Below, in pieces: positions 10,373-20,513 of a stretch of DNA of 64,000 bases; the stretch's first letter is position 1, and each line of letters starts with the position of its first letter. Source of the stretch: Candidatus Bathyarchaeota archaeon (GTDB taxonomy: Archaea; Thermoproteota; Bathyarchaeia; Bathyarchaeales; Bathycorpusculaceae); NCBI GenBank assembly GCA_963828195.1, contig CAWHDT010000001.1, forward strand, positions 383,357 to 447,356, given 5' to 3'. A program made the position numbers and the translations under genes. The notes beneath the pieces were generated by a model, which ran no database searches, had not been told where the DNA came from, and saw only the letters and a list, made by a program, of their open reading frames with translations.

Positions 10373-10663
10373 TTGATACTTTACACCGTGATTCCCATGA
10401 CCCTGACAAAGCTCGAATTGTATGTCGATATTTTAAAAAATTTGGCCCAAAATGGTTCGCTAAAGATTAGCAATGACGCAAGTGAAACTAACCTCAATAA
10501 GGAGAACAAAAAACATTTAGATTTTCTTTTAGCACAAAGTTTAGTTGAAGAACGAAAAGTAAGCAAACTGCACTTGGTTTATTCGATTACTCCCAGAGGC
10601 TTATCAGTACTAAAATATTTTAATGCGTTGAATCAAGAATTTCCAATAACCGAAGAAACTTAA
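10373..10663 (+). CDS. Winged helix-turn-helix protein (archaeal HTH_45-like)
   Basis: 'KLELYVDILK...TNLN......HLDFL...LVE.......YSIT.RG..VL.YF'. Confidence 0.8.
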   Translation: MILYTVIPMTLTKLELYVDILKNLAQNGSLKISNDASETNLNKENKKHLDFLLAQSLVEERKVSKLHLVYSITPRGLSVLKYFNALNQEFPITEET

Positions 10664-10793
10664 TCACAGGGAACACTACTTTCAAATTAATGAATAATTG
10701 AAGACTTCAATACAATTCTTGAAAGAAGATAAGACGGTTAACTTCCTCCTAGCTATTCAATGTCAAAACAGCCCTTGACCTTTTTCTTTTATA

Positions 10794-11000
10794 TTACTTG
10801 TTAAAGATTAAGCAGCCCTTGGATTCTTCTAAAGAGAACCTGTCTTTGACGAATGTTTCGATTTGCTCGAAGTTATACTTGCCTTTAATTTGCAATTGGT
10901 ATCTGTCAGGGCTGTTTTGCTCAATGGAAACTAGCGATGGCTGAATTAATTGCTTAGCAGCTAATTCTTTCAATAAGCCAATCGCTTCCGTTCTCCTCAT
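10794..11000 (-). CDS. Small hypothetical protein (paralog family 'M.R.EAI..LKE')
   Basis: GAGG SD upstream; similar to 11217..11486 and 60096..60371. Confidence 0.7.
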   Translation of the reverse strand: MRRTEAIGLLKELAAKQLIQPSLVSIEQNSPDRYQLQIKGKYNFEQIETFVKDRFSLEESKGCLIFNK

Positions 11001-11216
11001 TTGCTTCCTCTCAGTTTGCAGTAAACAGGCAAGGGCTAATAACGCTTTTCAATGAAGTTGTCTGTGGTTCTATAGAGTTATATAGAATATTTTTCGAAGT
11101 TGTCCCCTTCGGTGTGATTTTGTGACCAAACGTTTCATCCATCACATTTTTTCTCGGTTTATAATTTGTGGGTTAACACAAAATGTTTTCAAAGGTTACA
11201 AAGTAGTTATTTGATT

Positions 11217-11486
11217 TTATGTGACTTGTGTTTGAGTGCACTTAGAGTTGAGGGTGTAGAAAATTAGGGATTCTTTTTCTTTTCTCATTCCTAGTTTGTA
11301 TCTTTCTAAAATGTGCTCAATGCATTTTCGAGAGTTGCGGTTTATGCTTCCCTTTAATCTGATTTGGTAGCCGTTGGCCGTTTCTATTATCTGTGAGCTG
11401 GGATGGTCGATACTTACGCTGTTGGGAAGTGATTTGCAACCATCGTTAATTTCGAAAAGTACTTTGATAGCTTCGGCCCTATCCAT
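11217..11486 (-). CDS. Small hypothetical protein (same paralog family)
   Basis: MDRAEAIKVLFEI...GYQIRLK...LIFY; GGTGA SD upstream. Confidence 0.7.
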   Translation of the reverse strand: MDRAEAIKVLFEINDGCKSLPNSVSIDHPSSQIIETANGYQIRLKGSINRNSRKCIEHILERYKLGMRKEKESLIFYTLNSKCTQTQVT

Positions 11487-11666
11487 TCCTTCACCCTGTT
11501 ATACTTTCAATTTAGGATTTAGCTATATTACTCTACTTTCGGAATTGGAATATATCAAAGTTAAGTTGACACTCTGAATGCGTCTTTGAATTAGTTATTT
11601 TGGATTTTGTTTACGTTTTCATAAATCTTAAGTCTAAATAAGTCGCATTAAGTGCCTTGATGGGCA

Positions 11667-11909
11667 ATGACAATCGATCCAAAACTAAACCACAGAATCA
11701 GCCTAATTATCCACAGCTTAGGCTTAAGCTGTTTAGGCGGCGCAATATTTCTCCAAATCCTTGTTTTCTCAAACATCCTCCTCCAAGGGTACTTCAGAGC
11801 AATAGAAGCAAATCCAGTAATCCTCTCAATTGAAATAAGCCTAACTGCCTTCACAGCCGTTTACTTCCTCTACCTCTACCAAAGAGTAATTAGAACATCT
11901 TTGAAATGA
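11667..11909 (+). CDS. Small 2-TM membrane protein
   Basis: Two hydrophobic helices; close paralog immediately downstream. Confidence 0.75.
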   Translation: MTIDPKLNHRISLIIHSLGLSCLGGAIFLQILVFSNILLQGYFRAIEANPVILSIEISLTAFTAVYFLYLYQRVIRTSLK

Positions 11910-12196
11910 TTCTCGACGTCGAGGGCTTTGATTTAGGTCCTGAATTAGAAAATTATTTAAGGCAACTCTTTCGGGTATTCACAATCTATAAATACCATGG
12001 TACACAATAGTATACTGAAAGTCAGCCATAACAAACGGTTACGTTATACAATCGCTGACAAAGAACCGTAACTGCTATCCCATTTTGGGATAATTTTTAG
12101 AAATCTTTTAAACAAGTTGTTTTAACGATGGCTGATTTTGTCTTCTCTTTTTTGTTCACGGAAAATCCGCACTCTGATAGGAGGTCAAGCAGAACC

Positions 12197-12448
12197 ACGA
12201 CAATCAGACCAAAACTCAACCACCATAAAATCAATCTAATAATTAATAGTCTAGGCCTTAGTTGTTTGGGAGGTGCCCTCTACCTACAAATTCTAGTGTT
12301 TTCCAACATTTTTGCGAAAGGATATTTCAGAGCGGTAGAACCAAACTCCAGCATCCTTACGCTTGAATTGGTACTGACCGCTTTTTCCGCACTTTACTTC
12401 CCCTACGTATATCAAAAGGTTATTCGTGTTTTGGAAAATGAGCGATAA
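12197..12448 (+). CDS. Small 2-TM membrane protein, tandem paralog (ACG at the homologous start)
   Basis: Aligns to 11667..11909 (PKLNH.I.LII.SLGLSCLGGA..LQILVFSNI...GYFRA.E.N). ACG at 12197 aligns with the paralog's ATG and follows GGAGGT. Confidence 0.65.
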   Translation, partial: TTIRPKLNHHKINLIINSLGLSCLGGALYLQILVFSNIFAKGYFRAVEPNSSILTLELVLTAFSALYFPYVYQKVIRVLENER

Positions 12449-12472
12449 ATCCTCTCCTTCCTGAGGTTTGTT

Positions 12473-13327
12473 TTGGGTGTTATCAGCGAATTGAAAATGG
12501 CCCTTGTTATTAACGGAAAGGTTATTACTTTTAGAGTATTGAAAGCTACTCGGAGAGAACGAAAAGTGCCAATGGCGTTTGTTATTGGAACAGCCGGTTC
12601 AGGGAAATCCTTGTTCACGGCAGCCTTCAGTGAATGGCTAAAAATGTCAAAACAAGATGTTGCAGTAGTCAATTTGGATCCCGGAGCATTGAAACTTCCC
12701 TATTCGCCAGATGTTGATGTCCGCAACTACGTGGACGTCGGCGATATTATGGAAAAGTATGGTTTAGGACCCAACGGCGCTTTGATTATGGCTGCAGATT
12801 TAATTGCTGATGAAATCGAAAATTTAAGCCGCGACATCGAAGAAGCTCACGCTGACATCGTTTTGGTCGATACTCCAGGGCAGATGGAGCTGTTTGCTTT
12901 CAGAGCGAGCGGGCCATACATAGTTGACGAGTTGACAAAAGAGCCTAAAGCATTAATTTACCTCTTCGACGCCGTGTTCTCAGCTAATCCCATGAACTAT
13001 GTTTCAAATATGTTTCTTTCAGCCGCAGTTTACAACCGTTTCTTCCAGTCGCAGCTTCATGTTCTCTCAAAAATCGATCTGCTACCGAAAAAAGATGTTC
13101 AGGCTATTGCGACTTGGTCAGCTAACACTAGAGCGTTGGAAGATGCGATTGAAGAGAAACTTGAAGGCACAAAACGGCTTTTCAGCCGCAACATGATGCA
13201 AGCTATCAACAGGCTTGGCTTACAATTTTTGTTGATGCCTCTTTCCTCCAAAACAAACGAAGGCATGACTAACATAAACACGACGCTTGAACGAATTTTA
13301 AATGAAGGCGAAAAATACACAACTTAA
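12473..13327 (+). CDS. GPN-loop GTPase (true start probably ~12566-12572)
   Basis: GTAGSGKS, VNLDPG, 'YGLGPNGALI' GPN loop, DTPGQMELF. Confidence 0.93.
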   Translation: MGVISELKMALVINGKVITFRVLKATRRERKVPMAFVIGTAGSGKSLFTAAFSEWLKMSKQDVAVVNLDPGALKLPYSPDVDVRNYVDVGDIMEKYGLGPNGALIMAADLIADEIENLSRDIEEAHADIVLVDTPGQMELFAFRASGPYIVDELTKEPKALIYLFDAVFSANPMNYVSNMFLSAAVYNRFFQSQLHVLSKIDLLPKKDVQAIATWSANTRALEDAIEEKLEGTKRLFSRNMMQAINRLGLQFLLMPLSSKTNEGMTNINTTLERILNEGEKYTT

Positions 13328-13329
13328 AC

Positions 13330-13956
13330 TTAGGCGCTGACCAGGGACCAGCTTGCTGCGAAGGCTCCCCGCTTAGCCCTCAAAGCCGAATCGGCACCTG
13401 CAATAATGATGGCGTCATTGTTCTCCGGCGTTAACTCCTTGAGAATTTGGTTCGCTGCCTTCGGATAATCCTTCTCAACAGAGTCACTGACTGATTCAAT
13501 GCGTAAATGGTCATCTTTAAAAACGATAATTAAGGCTTTTCGTGCGCCAGCAATGATAGCTGCATCCCTCTGATCAATTCCTGACCGCACCTTTTGACCA
13601 CTATTTTTCACCAAAAACGCAAAATTGAATTCAGATTCCAGCAATTCAGTTTTTGGAATCTCAACGCGTTTAGGAAAAACCTTTTCAAATTGACCCCACA
13701 CTTCCAAGCCTTTTTCGGTTAAACTGCAGCCTTCTTTCGAGGTTTCAATTAAATCAGCCTCTTTGAGTCTGCTTATTATTGTGCGCACAGCTCCATCGCC
13801 GACGCTGAGTTTCTTGGCTAGTTTATTTCTTCCCAGAGGCTTCTGCGCCATAAGCTCTAAAGCGTAGAAAATGTGGAATACGGTGAAGGTGGTTGAGGGT
13901 CCTGGAGCTTTTTTTCCAGCAATTTCCATTATAAACTTTTTTAGCGACACAGCCAT
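13330..13956 (-). CDS. DUF4443/DUF2111-type winged-helix protein
   Basis: 'GRNKLAKKLSVGDGAVRTIISRLK' HTH and 'SGIDQRDAAIIAGA' motif. Confidence 0.8.
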   Translation of the reverse strand: MAVSLKKFIMEIAGKKAPGPSTTFTVFHIFYALELMAQKPLGRNKLAKKLSVGDGAVRTIISRLKEADLIETSKEGCSLTEKGLEVWGQFEKVFPKRVEIPKTELLESEFNFAFLVKNSGQKVRSGIDQRDAAIIAGARKALIIVFKDDHLRIESVSDSVEKDYPKAANQILKELTPENNDAIIIAGADSALRAKRGAFAASWSLVSA

Positions 13957-14019
13957 ATTTTGCCCTAAGCTAACTAAGCGTAGGTTGGGTTTTTATAATT
14001 TGCCAAAAAAATATGCAGG

Positions 14020-14397
14020 TTAATCTTTGTATGCAACAACTGAGACCTCAACTAGAGCATCTGCTTTTAATTCTGCGCCAAATGTGGCGCGAGCGGGAAA
14101 TTCGCTCTCGAAGTACTTCGCGTATTCCCTGTTGAATTCGTCGAACAGAGCCATCGATGAAAGATACACGTTTGATAGAACGACATCTTTTAGGCTGTAG
14201 CCTGCCGCTTCCAAAATGGCTCGAATGTTCTCGATAACCTGTTTTATTTGAAGCGCTATACTTTTGGCAATGATTTTGTCTTCTTTTGGATCAATGGCCA
14301 GTTGTCCAGAAACAAAGAGGAATTTGCCTGCTTTTACCGCTTGACTGTATGGTCCTATCGGTTTAGGTGCTTTCTCGCTAAATACAGGTGTCTTCAT
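14020..14397 (-). CDS. ridA: RidA/YjgF enamine deaminase
   Basis: APKPIGPYSQAV, FVSGQL, FN..Y..YF....PAR, LVE. Confidence 0.92.
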   Translation of the reverse strand: MKTPVFSEKAPKPIGPYSQAVKAGKFLFVSGQLAIDPKEDKIIAKSIALQIKQVIENIRAILEAAGYSLKDVVLSNVYLSSMALFDEFNREYAKYFESEFPARATFGAELKADALVEVSVVAYKD

Positions 14398-14539
14398 GTA
14401 AATTCATCTTCGTGTCAGTGTTGTTTGAGGTTAAAATCTTTTTTGCAACTTGATTTCTGTCCTGTGATATTTCTATCGGAATATTTTTAACAGAAAACCT
14501 TTTAAGAAAAACGCAAAGTTACTTAAGTTCCTAATACAA

Positions 14540-15736
14540 TTGAACGGAAAGATTTCCATGAAAAAAACCGGAAAATATTTGTTCACCTCTGAGTCAGTTG
14601 GAGAAGGTCACCCAGATAAGGTGGCTGACCAAATATCCGATAGCGTTTTAGACGCAATTTTCTGCAATGACCCAAAAGCGCACGTGGACTGCGAAACGCT
14701 TGTGATGCAGGGAACCGTGATGATTACGGGTCAAATAACCACATGCACCTACGTTGATATCCCAAAAGTTGTTCGCCAAACCCTGAAAGAAATTGGGTTC
14801 GACAATGCTAAGGATGGCTTAGACTGGGAAACCTGCGGCATATTGACTTCTATAACTGCGCAGTCTCCAGACATCGCTATGGGGGTGAAGGAATTTGAAG
14901 GTCACGAGCAGGGGGCGGGTGACCAGGGAATGGTTTTTGGCTACGCATCCAATGAGACAAAAGAACTGATGCCTCTGCCGATTATGCTGGCGCATAAACT
15001 TGTTAAACGTTTAGCTGAATGCAGAAAAACAAAGATTATGCCGTATCTGCGTCCAGACTGCAAATCTCAGGTTACAGTGGAATATGACGGTTGCAAAACT
15101 AAATGTGTTAAAGCTGTTGTTATTGCGGCTCAAAACAACGGTTCAGTTGATGATGCAACTTTAAAGAAAGATATTGTTGAAAAAGTAATTAAGAACGTTA
15201 TACCAGCCGACATGATAGCTGAAGACATAAAATACGTTATCAACGGAACAGGCAGATTCGTAATTGGCGGAACACTCGCAGATTCAGGATTAACTGGCAG
15301 AAAAATCATTGTTGACACATACGGCGGAGTTGGAAGCCACGGCGGTGGCTGCTTCAGCGGCAAAGATCCCTCAAAAGTTGACCGTTCAGGCTGCTACATG
15401 GCAAGGTACATCGCCAAAAACATTGTCGCCGCAGGCTTAGCAGACCAATGTGAAATCCAAATCTCCTACGCCATCGGCGTTGCGCAACCGATCTCGGTAC
15501 TGGTTAACACTTATGAAACCGGAAAACTCTCTGATGACCAAATTCTCGAGTTAGTAAAGAAGCATTTCGACATGAGGCCAAAAGCAATCATCGACCAACT
15601 GAACCTGCTAAGACCAATATACAAGAAAACAGCAGTGTTCGGGCACTTTGGAAGAGAAGAACCAGAATTCACCTGGGAAAAAACCGACAAAGCAGAAGTG
15701 CTTCGCAAAGAACTAGCAAAAGCCAAAAAAGCATAA
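14540..15736 (+). CDS. metK: S-adenosylmethionine synthetase, bacterial/eukaryotic type
   Basis: [19 protein letters not shown], '[24 protein letters not shown]', [15 protein letters not shown]. Confidence 0.97.
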   Translation: MNGKISMKKTGKYLFTSESVGEGHPDKVADQISDSVLDAIFCNDPKAHVDCETLVMQGTVMITGQITTCTYVDIPKVVRQTLKEIGFDNAKDGLDWETCGILTSITAQSPDIAMGVKEFEGHEQGAGDQGMVFGYASNETKELMPLPIMLAHKLVKRLAECRKTKIMPYLRPDCKSQVTVEYDGCKTKCVKAVVIAAQNNGSVDDATLKKDIVEKVIKNVIPADMIAEDIKYVINGTGRFVIGGTLADSGLTGRKIIVDTYGGVGSHGGGCFSGKDPSKVDRSGCYMARYIAKNIVAAGLADQCEIQISYAIGVAQPISVLVNTYETGKLSDDQILELVKKHFDMRPKAIIDQLNLLRPIYKKTAVFGHFGREEPEFTWEKTDKAEVLRKELAKAKKA

Positions 15737-15996
15737 ATCTCCCATCTTAACTTTTCTTTTTTGAACTCTTTTTTGGTTACAAATTATCTACGACTTCTGT
15801 TACAATTTATTGTTCTTCTTGGCAATATTTTTTTAAAAGAAGAAGAAGCTGGTGGAAAGTATTTTTCTTCTTCTTCTCTGGTCTGTTGCTTTTTGTCACC
15901 GGTTTTTGGCACAAATAGTAGGCCTCTCTGCAGGTAGACCGTTTCTGGTTTCCGCTTTTTGTTACCGAAGCGGCAACGCAAATAGTGTACTCTTGG

Positions 15997-16818
15997 TCAC
16001 TGCGATTCGAATCTCGATTTTCCGCCGTTCTTTTCAACCAAGCTTGAAAGCTGCTTCATTGCTTCTTCGAGCCTTTGCATCGGCTTTTCTTCGGCTTTGA
16101 CTGCGATCGTTAAGTGAATTTCGATATGTGGCTTATTTTCTACATTTACTGGATGAGACTTTATGTAGACTCCCTTATTGGCAATCATGACTTTGTCGAT
16201 TAACGGCGCCAAATTCGATTCCATCATGCCTTCAAGAAACATGCTTTTTTCACAAAAAACCCTGTTGCCCACAGCTTGTTTAAGTATAGGCGCTATGGTT
16301 TCTGAAAAAATCGCTTCCATCTCTGAAGGCACGCCGGGCAAGGCGAACAGAACAGTTCCTTCCAAATCTACGCGTACACCAGGTGCAGTGCCGATTGGAT
16401 TATTCACGGGTTCTGTCTTTTCAGGCAAGGTTGCCATTTTGACTCTGGGCGCCGTTAATTCAATAGTTGTTGAGAGCTGCCTTTTTCTCGCGTATTCTTC
16501 GCATTTTTCCTTAACAACTGTCAACACCCTAGGGTTGATCTCCAATTTGCGGTCTAACGCTTTGGCTAAGCCCTGCAAGGTTTTATCGTCAAAAGTCGGT
16601 CCTAACCCGCCTGTACTAATTATGAACTGTGGCTTTCGCTCGACGGCTTCGCAGACGACATGGGCGATTTCATCAACAATATCTAGTGCTACAGTCATTC
16701 GCTTAACGTAAGCTCCGAGATTTGTTACTTGCTTACCAAGCCAAAACCCATTCGTGTTAAGTGTCTTCCCTATCAGTAACTCGTTGCCTACACAGATTAT
16801 TTCTACGTCTACGGTCAC
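15997..16818 (-). CDS. CinA-like molybdopterin-binding domain protein
   Basis: VGNELLIGKTLNTN, TGGLGPTFDDKT, NPIGTAPG, LPGVPSEM. Confidence 0.9.
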   Translation of the reverse strand: MTVDVEIICVGNELLIGKTLNTNGFWLGKQVTNLGAYVKRMTVALDIVDEIAHVVCEAVERKPQFIISTGGLGPTFDDKTLQGLAKALDRKLEINPRVLTVVKEKCEEYARKRQLSTTIELTAPRVKMATLPEKTEPVNNPIGTAPGVRVDLEGTVLFALPGVPSEMEAIFSETIAPILKQAVGNRVFCEKSMFLEGMMESNLAPLIDKVMIANKGVYIKSHPVNVENKPHIEIHLTIAVKAEEKPMQRLEEAMKQLSSLVEKNGGKSRFESQ

Positions 16819-17072
16819 AGCGCTTCACATCTTAGTTTTTATAGATTAGATTAGTTGTTTTCTTTTATACAGTTTGCTCGATTACCGTAAATTATGTGGT
16901 GGCTTGGCAGGTTAGCGGTTAAAAATCAAAAACTTATCGCCCTGCGTGAATCATTATCCGCACCTCAAAATTGTGGAGATGTGCAATTTTACGTATAACG
17001 TTTTAACCATTAAAATTTGAAATCTAAGATGGTCAAAGCTAACAAAGGTCGTTGCTTTTTTTAATCTGCACT

Positions 17073-17279
17073 TTATTTCTTGCTAAGATACCATTTGAGG
17101 TAGTCTTTTCTGCGGTTTTCTTTTTCTTCTTCTGCCGTTTCTTCGTTTGGCCTGTTCTTATCTCGCAAATCATTGAGTTCCTGCTGTGTCATTTGTAACC
17201 CGCAGCTTTTGCAGATGTAGCGTTTGGTGCCGATTTCGTAATGGCATTCTCCGCCGCATTCAGGACAGTATATCGTCAT
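17073..17279 (-). CDS. Zn-ribbon small protein
   Basis: CPECGG...CKSCG followed by a charged helix. Confidence 0.8.
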   Translation of the reverse strand: MTIYCPECGGECHYEIGTKRYICKSCGLQMTQQELNDLRDKNRPNEETAEEEKENRRKDYLKWYLSKK

Positions 17280-17376
17280 ATTTTTCTCTCAGGGAATTTT
17301 GTATTAAATCGGTTTTGCACAGATATTAGTCTTCGCATAGGTTTAGGTATTTTTAACCAAAAAATTGTTGAGGTTT

Positions 17377-18441
17377 TTAGACGTGCGTGTACATTTTGTC
17401 GCTGCTGTATTTTCCCGTGTCCATTTCCTGCTCAATCTCCCGTAAAAGCAAAATGCGTTTAAACGTTGGCGGGTGAGTGGAAAATAAACCGTTTATTTGG
17501 TGCCACGTACTTTTGGATTCCTTCTCCATCGCCAACTCCAATTCACGCTCATCCAAAACCCCGTCGTGGTCTAAATCGTACTCATCTTTCTTCTCCATGA
17601 CTTCTTTAACTTCCTGTTTCGCGGTTGCAGGGTCGGCGATGTAGAATGCTCTGGCTCCTTCCGGCGGCTTAGGCGAAATGGATAAGCCGTAAGTTATTTT
17701 TGCCAAGGCACTTTCCAGCTCTCTGGGCGAACCTGTCACGTAAGCAGAGAACGAATCAGCAAAATGTTCGCGAAGACGACTAAGCCTCATGACAATTAAG
17801 AACGTTAATATATAAATCACAAAAGAGATTACGCCAATCAGGATCAATATTACTCCAGAATTACTGTTGTTTTTTCCTCCTCTTCCTCCTCCTGAGCTTC
17901 CTCCGCCGCTAAACGCGCCCGATATCAAAGCTACCTCGGCAATTATGTATGCGATTAACGGCAACGCGGAAAGAACAGTCATCACAATATAGTCCTTATG
18001 TTTAATGTGGCCTAACTCGTGAGCTATCACGCCTCTGATTTCGTCTTCTTTCAAAGTCTTCAACAGCCCTTCATGCACGGCTAAGGTGGCGCTGCTTTGG
18101 GATCTGCCAAATGTAAACGCGTTAGGCGTGCTGTTCGGAACTATAGCTAACTTAGGCATTGGCAAACCAGCCTTATCTGCTAGTTCTTTAACGGTTTTTT
18201 CAAGCCACGGGTTCTCGCCGGGCTTCAGATAACGCAGCTTTGTCGATGCTTTAACCATAACTGGACCTATCGCGTACTCAAACAGTATGAAGAGCCCCGT
18301 TCCGATTACAGCAACAAGTAACCCTGCAAAAACGGGCAACTGCAAAAAGAAAACAATTACGAACACAAGAAGACCAAATATGAATGCAGCTAAGAAAATC
18401 GAAGTTGCCATTGCCAACTTTAATTGTGCCAGGCTAGCCAT
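17377..18441 (-). CDS. htpX: HtpX-like M48 zinc metalloprotease
   Basis: PNAFTFG, HELGH, SRLREHFAD, FSTHPP; TM segments; EF-hand-like DLDHDGVLDERE insert. Confidence 0.92.
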   Translation of the reverse strand: MASLAQLKLAMATSIFLAAFIFGLLVFVIVFFLQLPVFAGLLVAVIGTGLFILFEYAIGPVMVKASTKLRYLKPGENPWLEKTVKELADKAGLPMPKLAIVPNSTPNAFTFGRSQSSATLAVHEGLLKTLKEDEIRGVIAHELGHIKHKDYIVMTVLSALPLIAYIIAEVALISGAFSGGGSSGGGRGGKNNSNSGVILILIGVISFVIYILTFLIVMRLSRLREHFADSFSAYVTGSPRELESALAKITYGLSISPKPPEGARAFYIADPATAKQEVKEVMEKKDEYDLDHDGVLDERELELAMEKESKSTWHQINGLFSTHPPTFKRILLLREIEQEMDTGKYSSDKMYTHV

Positions 18442-18544
18442 CGTTAAGTCCCCTCGTTATCGCCCACAAATACAAAATTAGAGAATTAAGCCTTTCCCAA
18501 AAAATACCGTAAATCTCAGAAATTCTTAAAAATAAAAAGAAAGT

Positions 18545-19528
18545 TTAGATTGGGTACGCTCCGCAAATCTTGCAGAACTGTATCTTTGTTTTAACGTAGC
18601 TGTGGCATTTTGGACATTCGATGCCGCCTGCAACTTTTGGAAAGATGTCTTTTGGTTTGCCGAATTTCTTGCGGAATTGCTCGTAGTAGAGTAATTGTTC
18701 TTTGTCTTGTATTTCCACGTCGTCTGCCGCTTTTATCGCCTGCTTTTTCTCTGCGAAGTCTTTGTCGGTGACCATGTCGTTGAAGTATGTTCTGAGCGTT
18801 TCTGTTCCTGTTCCTGCTTCAAGTGGCGCTTTTGGTCTCCAAATAATGTCTTTAGGTATCACGTCTTCGTAGGCTTTGCGAAGTATCCATTTGCTGTATT
18901 TCACTCCATTGTACATGTTTATCTTGTATTTGATAGGTAGTTTCTTTGCCCAATTCATGAACAAAGGATCCATGTAAGGTGCACATATGGTCTCTCCAAG
19001 AGCCGCAGCCATCGTAAGTGAGGAAAATCCCATTTCCGCCCACATTTCTTCTTGCTTTTTCGCAAATTCCGCTTCAGTTAAGTGGAATTGCCATGGGTAC
19101 CCGAAAAGCTCGTCTAATGCGTCGCCTGTGAATACGCTTTTTATTCCTTTGTCTTTAAAGATGGTTAAGCCAATGTAGACGGGTAGGCTGTTTCTGATTT
19201 CCATCGGATCGAATTTTTTGAGTGCATCTACGACTTTGGGGTAAAATTTGAGTACGTCTTCTTTGCCGAACTGGTACGTTTCTTGTTTTAGGTTTAGGAG
19301 GGCGACCATTTTCTTTACGTATTCGGTGTCTTTTGGGTTTCCATGTTTAAAAGCTAAAGTAAGACATGGAATTTCAGGCTTGTACTTTACTGCTTCGTAA
19401 GCAATTATCTGAGTGTCTGTTCCGGCGGAAAATAAGAATCCGTCAGCCATGTTTTTCTTTACAACTTTGTTGACTAATGTTCTAACTTCTGGCAAAAGTT
19501 TAGTAACTTCTGATGGATCTATCGTCAT
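18545..19528 (-). CDS. Asparagine-synthase C-terminal (ATP pyrophosphatase) domain protein with C-terminal Zn ribbon; no GATase domain
   Basis: FSAGTDT (variant PP-loop), TGDALDELFGY, PYMD, KWILRKA, WRPKAP; CPKC...CKIC. Confidence 0.82.
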   Translation of the reverse strand: MTIDPSEVTKLLPEVRTLVNKVVKKNMADGFLFSAGTDTQIIAYEAVKYKPEIPCLTLAFKHGNPKDTEYVKKMVALLNLKQETYQFGKEDVLKFYPKVVDALKKFDPMEIRNSLPVYIGLTIFKDKGIKSVFTGDALDELFGYPWQFHLTEAEFAKKQEEMWAEMGFSSLTMAAALGETICAPYMDPLFMNWAKKLPIKYKINMYNGVKYSKWILRKAYEDVIPKDIIWRPKAPLEAGTGTETLRTYFNDMVTDKDFAEKKQAIKAADDVEIQDKEQLLYYEQFRKKFGKPKDIFPKVAGGIECPKCHSYVKTKIQFCKICGAYPI

Positions 19529-19760
19529 TTCTTTAGCCTCGATATACAGTGTTTGTCATCCATCCAGTATTTAAGGTTTCTTCATATGCAAACAAAAGCC
19601 AAAAAATAGTAAACATATGTGTTGAAAGTGAGCAAAATACTGAACAGTCGAGGGCTGGCGCGGAAATAACAATCAATTAGCCTCTAAACAGCACATTTAA
19701 AAGTTAAAAAACCAGAGTCATAAACAATCTCTCAAGTAGTTCCATGGAGATTTAACCCCT

Positions 19761-20513
19761 ATGAAAACAAGCTTACTTCACATGAAAATACGCAACTCAC
19801 TGCAAAGTAATATACTGGCAGCCAAACAAGCAATCCAAAAAGCCGCTAAACAAGGCCCAGCCTTGATCGCTCTGCCTGAGTATTTCACAGTTCCAAACTG
19901 CATGGCTGACTTCACTGATGCGTCAAGTATTTCCAAGGAGACCTGCAGAGAAACCCTAAATTTTCTGGCTGAAATTTCTAAGGAAATATCAGGCGTTTAC
20001 TTGCTTGGCGGCTCAGTGCTTGCAGAAGATAACGGAAAATACTTCAATACAAGCACTCTTTGGAGGAACGGCTCACTTTTAGCTAAATACAAAAAAATAA
20101 ACCCCATCCAAGCCGAAATCAAAGCGGGCGTTGCCAAAGGTTCCCAGCCACTTGTTGTGGACACGGAAATCGGCAAAATTGGTCTACTGGTGTGTGCTGA
20201 CACGTTTGACCCAGAACTCGTAAAACGAACAGCCAACTTGGGCGCCGAAATTCTTTCCCTTCCAGTTGCAGCCATGGGCACACATCCGACGGTGAAGGGT
20301 CATCCTTTAACCGAGCAGATTGCACGGGATTATGGCTTGTTTCTGCTAAAGGTTGGAAATGTGTGCTCCAGTATGAGAGGCGGACGAAGCGCAATCATTG
20401 CCCCATGGGGCGTCCTTGGCGAAGTAACCGATGCGCCCGAAGACTCGATTTTGACACGGGACCTTGACATGCTGCGGCTAAAAGAGTACCGAAGCAAACT
20501 CAGTAAATTTTAG
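19761..20513 (+). CDS. Carbon-nitrogen hydrolase (nitrilase superfamily)
   Basis: Catalytic E-K-C: LPEYF, YKKI, IGLLVCAD; GRSAIIAPWG. Confidence 0.9.
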   Translation: MKTSLLHMKIRNSLQSNILAAKQAIQKAAKQGPALIALPEYFTVPNCMADFTDASSISKETCRETLNFLAEISKEISGVYLLGGSVLAEDNGKYFNTSTLWRNGSLLAKYKKINPIQAEIKAGVAKGSQPLVVDTEIGKIGLLVCADTFDPELVKRTANLGAEILSLPVAAMGTHPTVKGHPLTEQIARDYGLFLLKVGNVCSSMRGGRSAIIAPWGVLGEVTDAPEDSILTRDLDMLRLKEYRSKLSKF

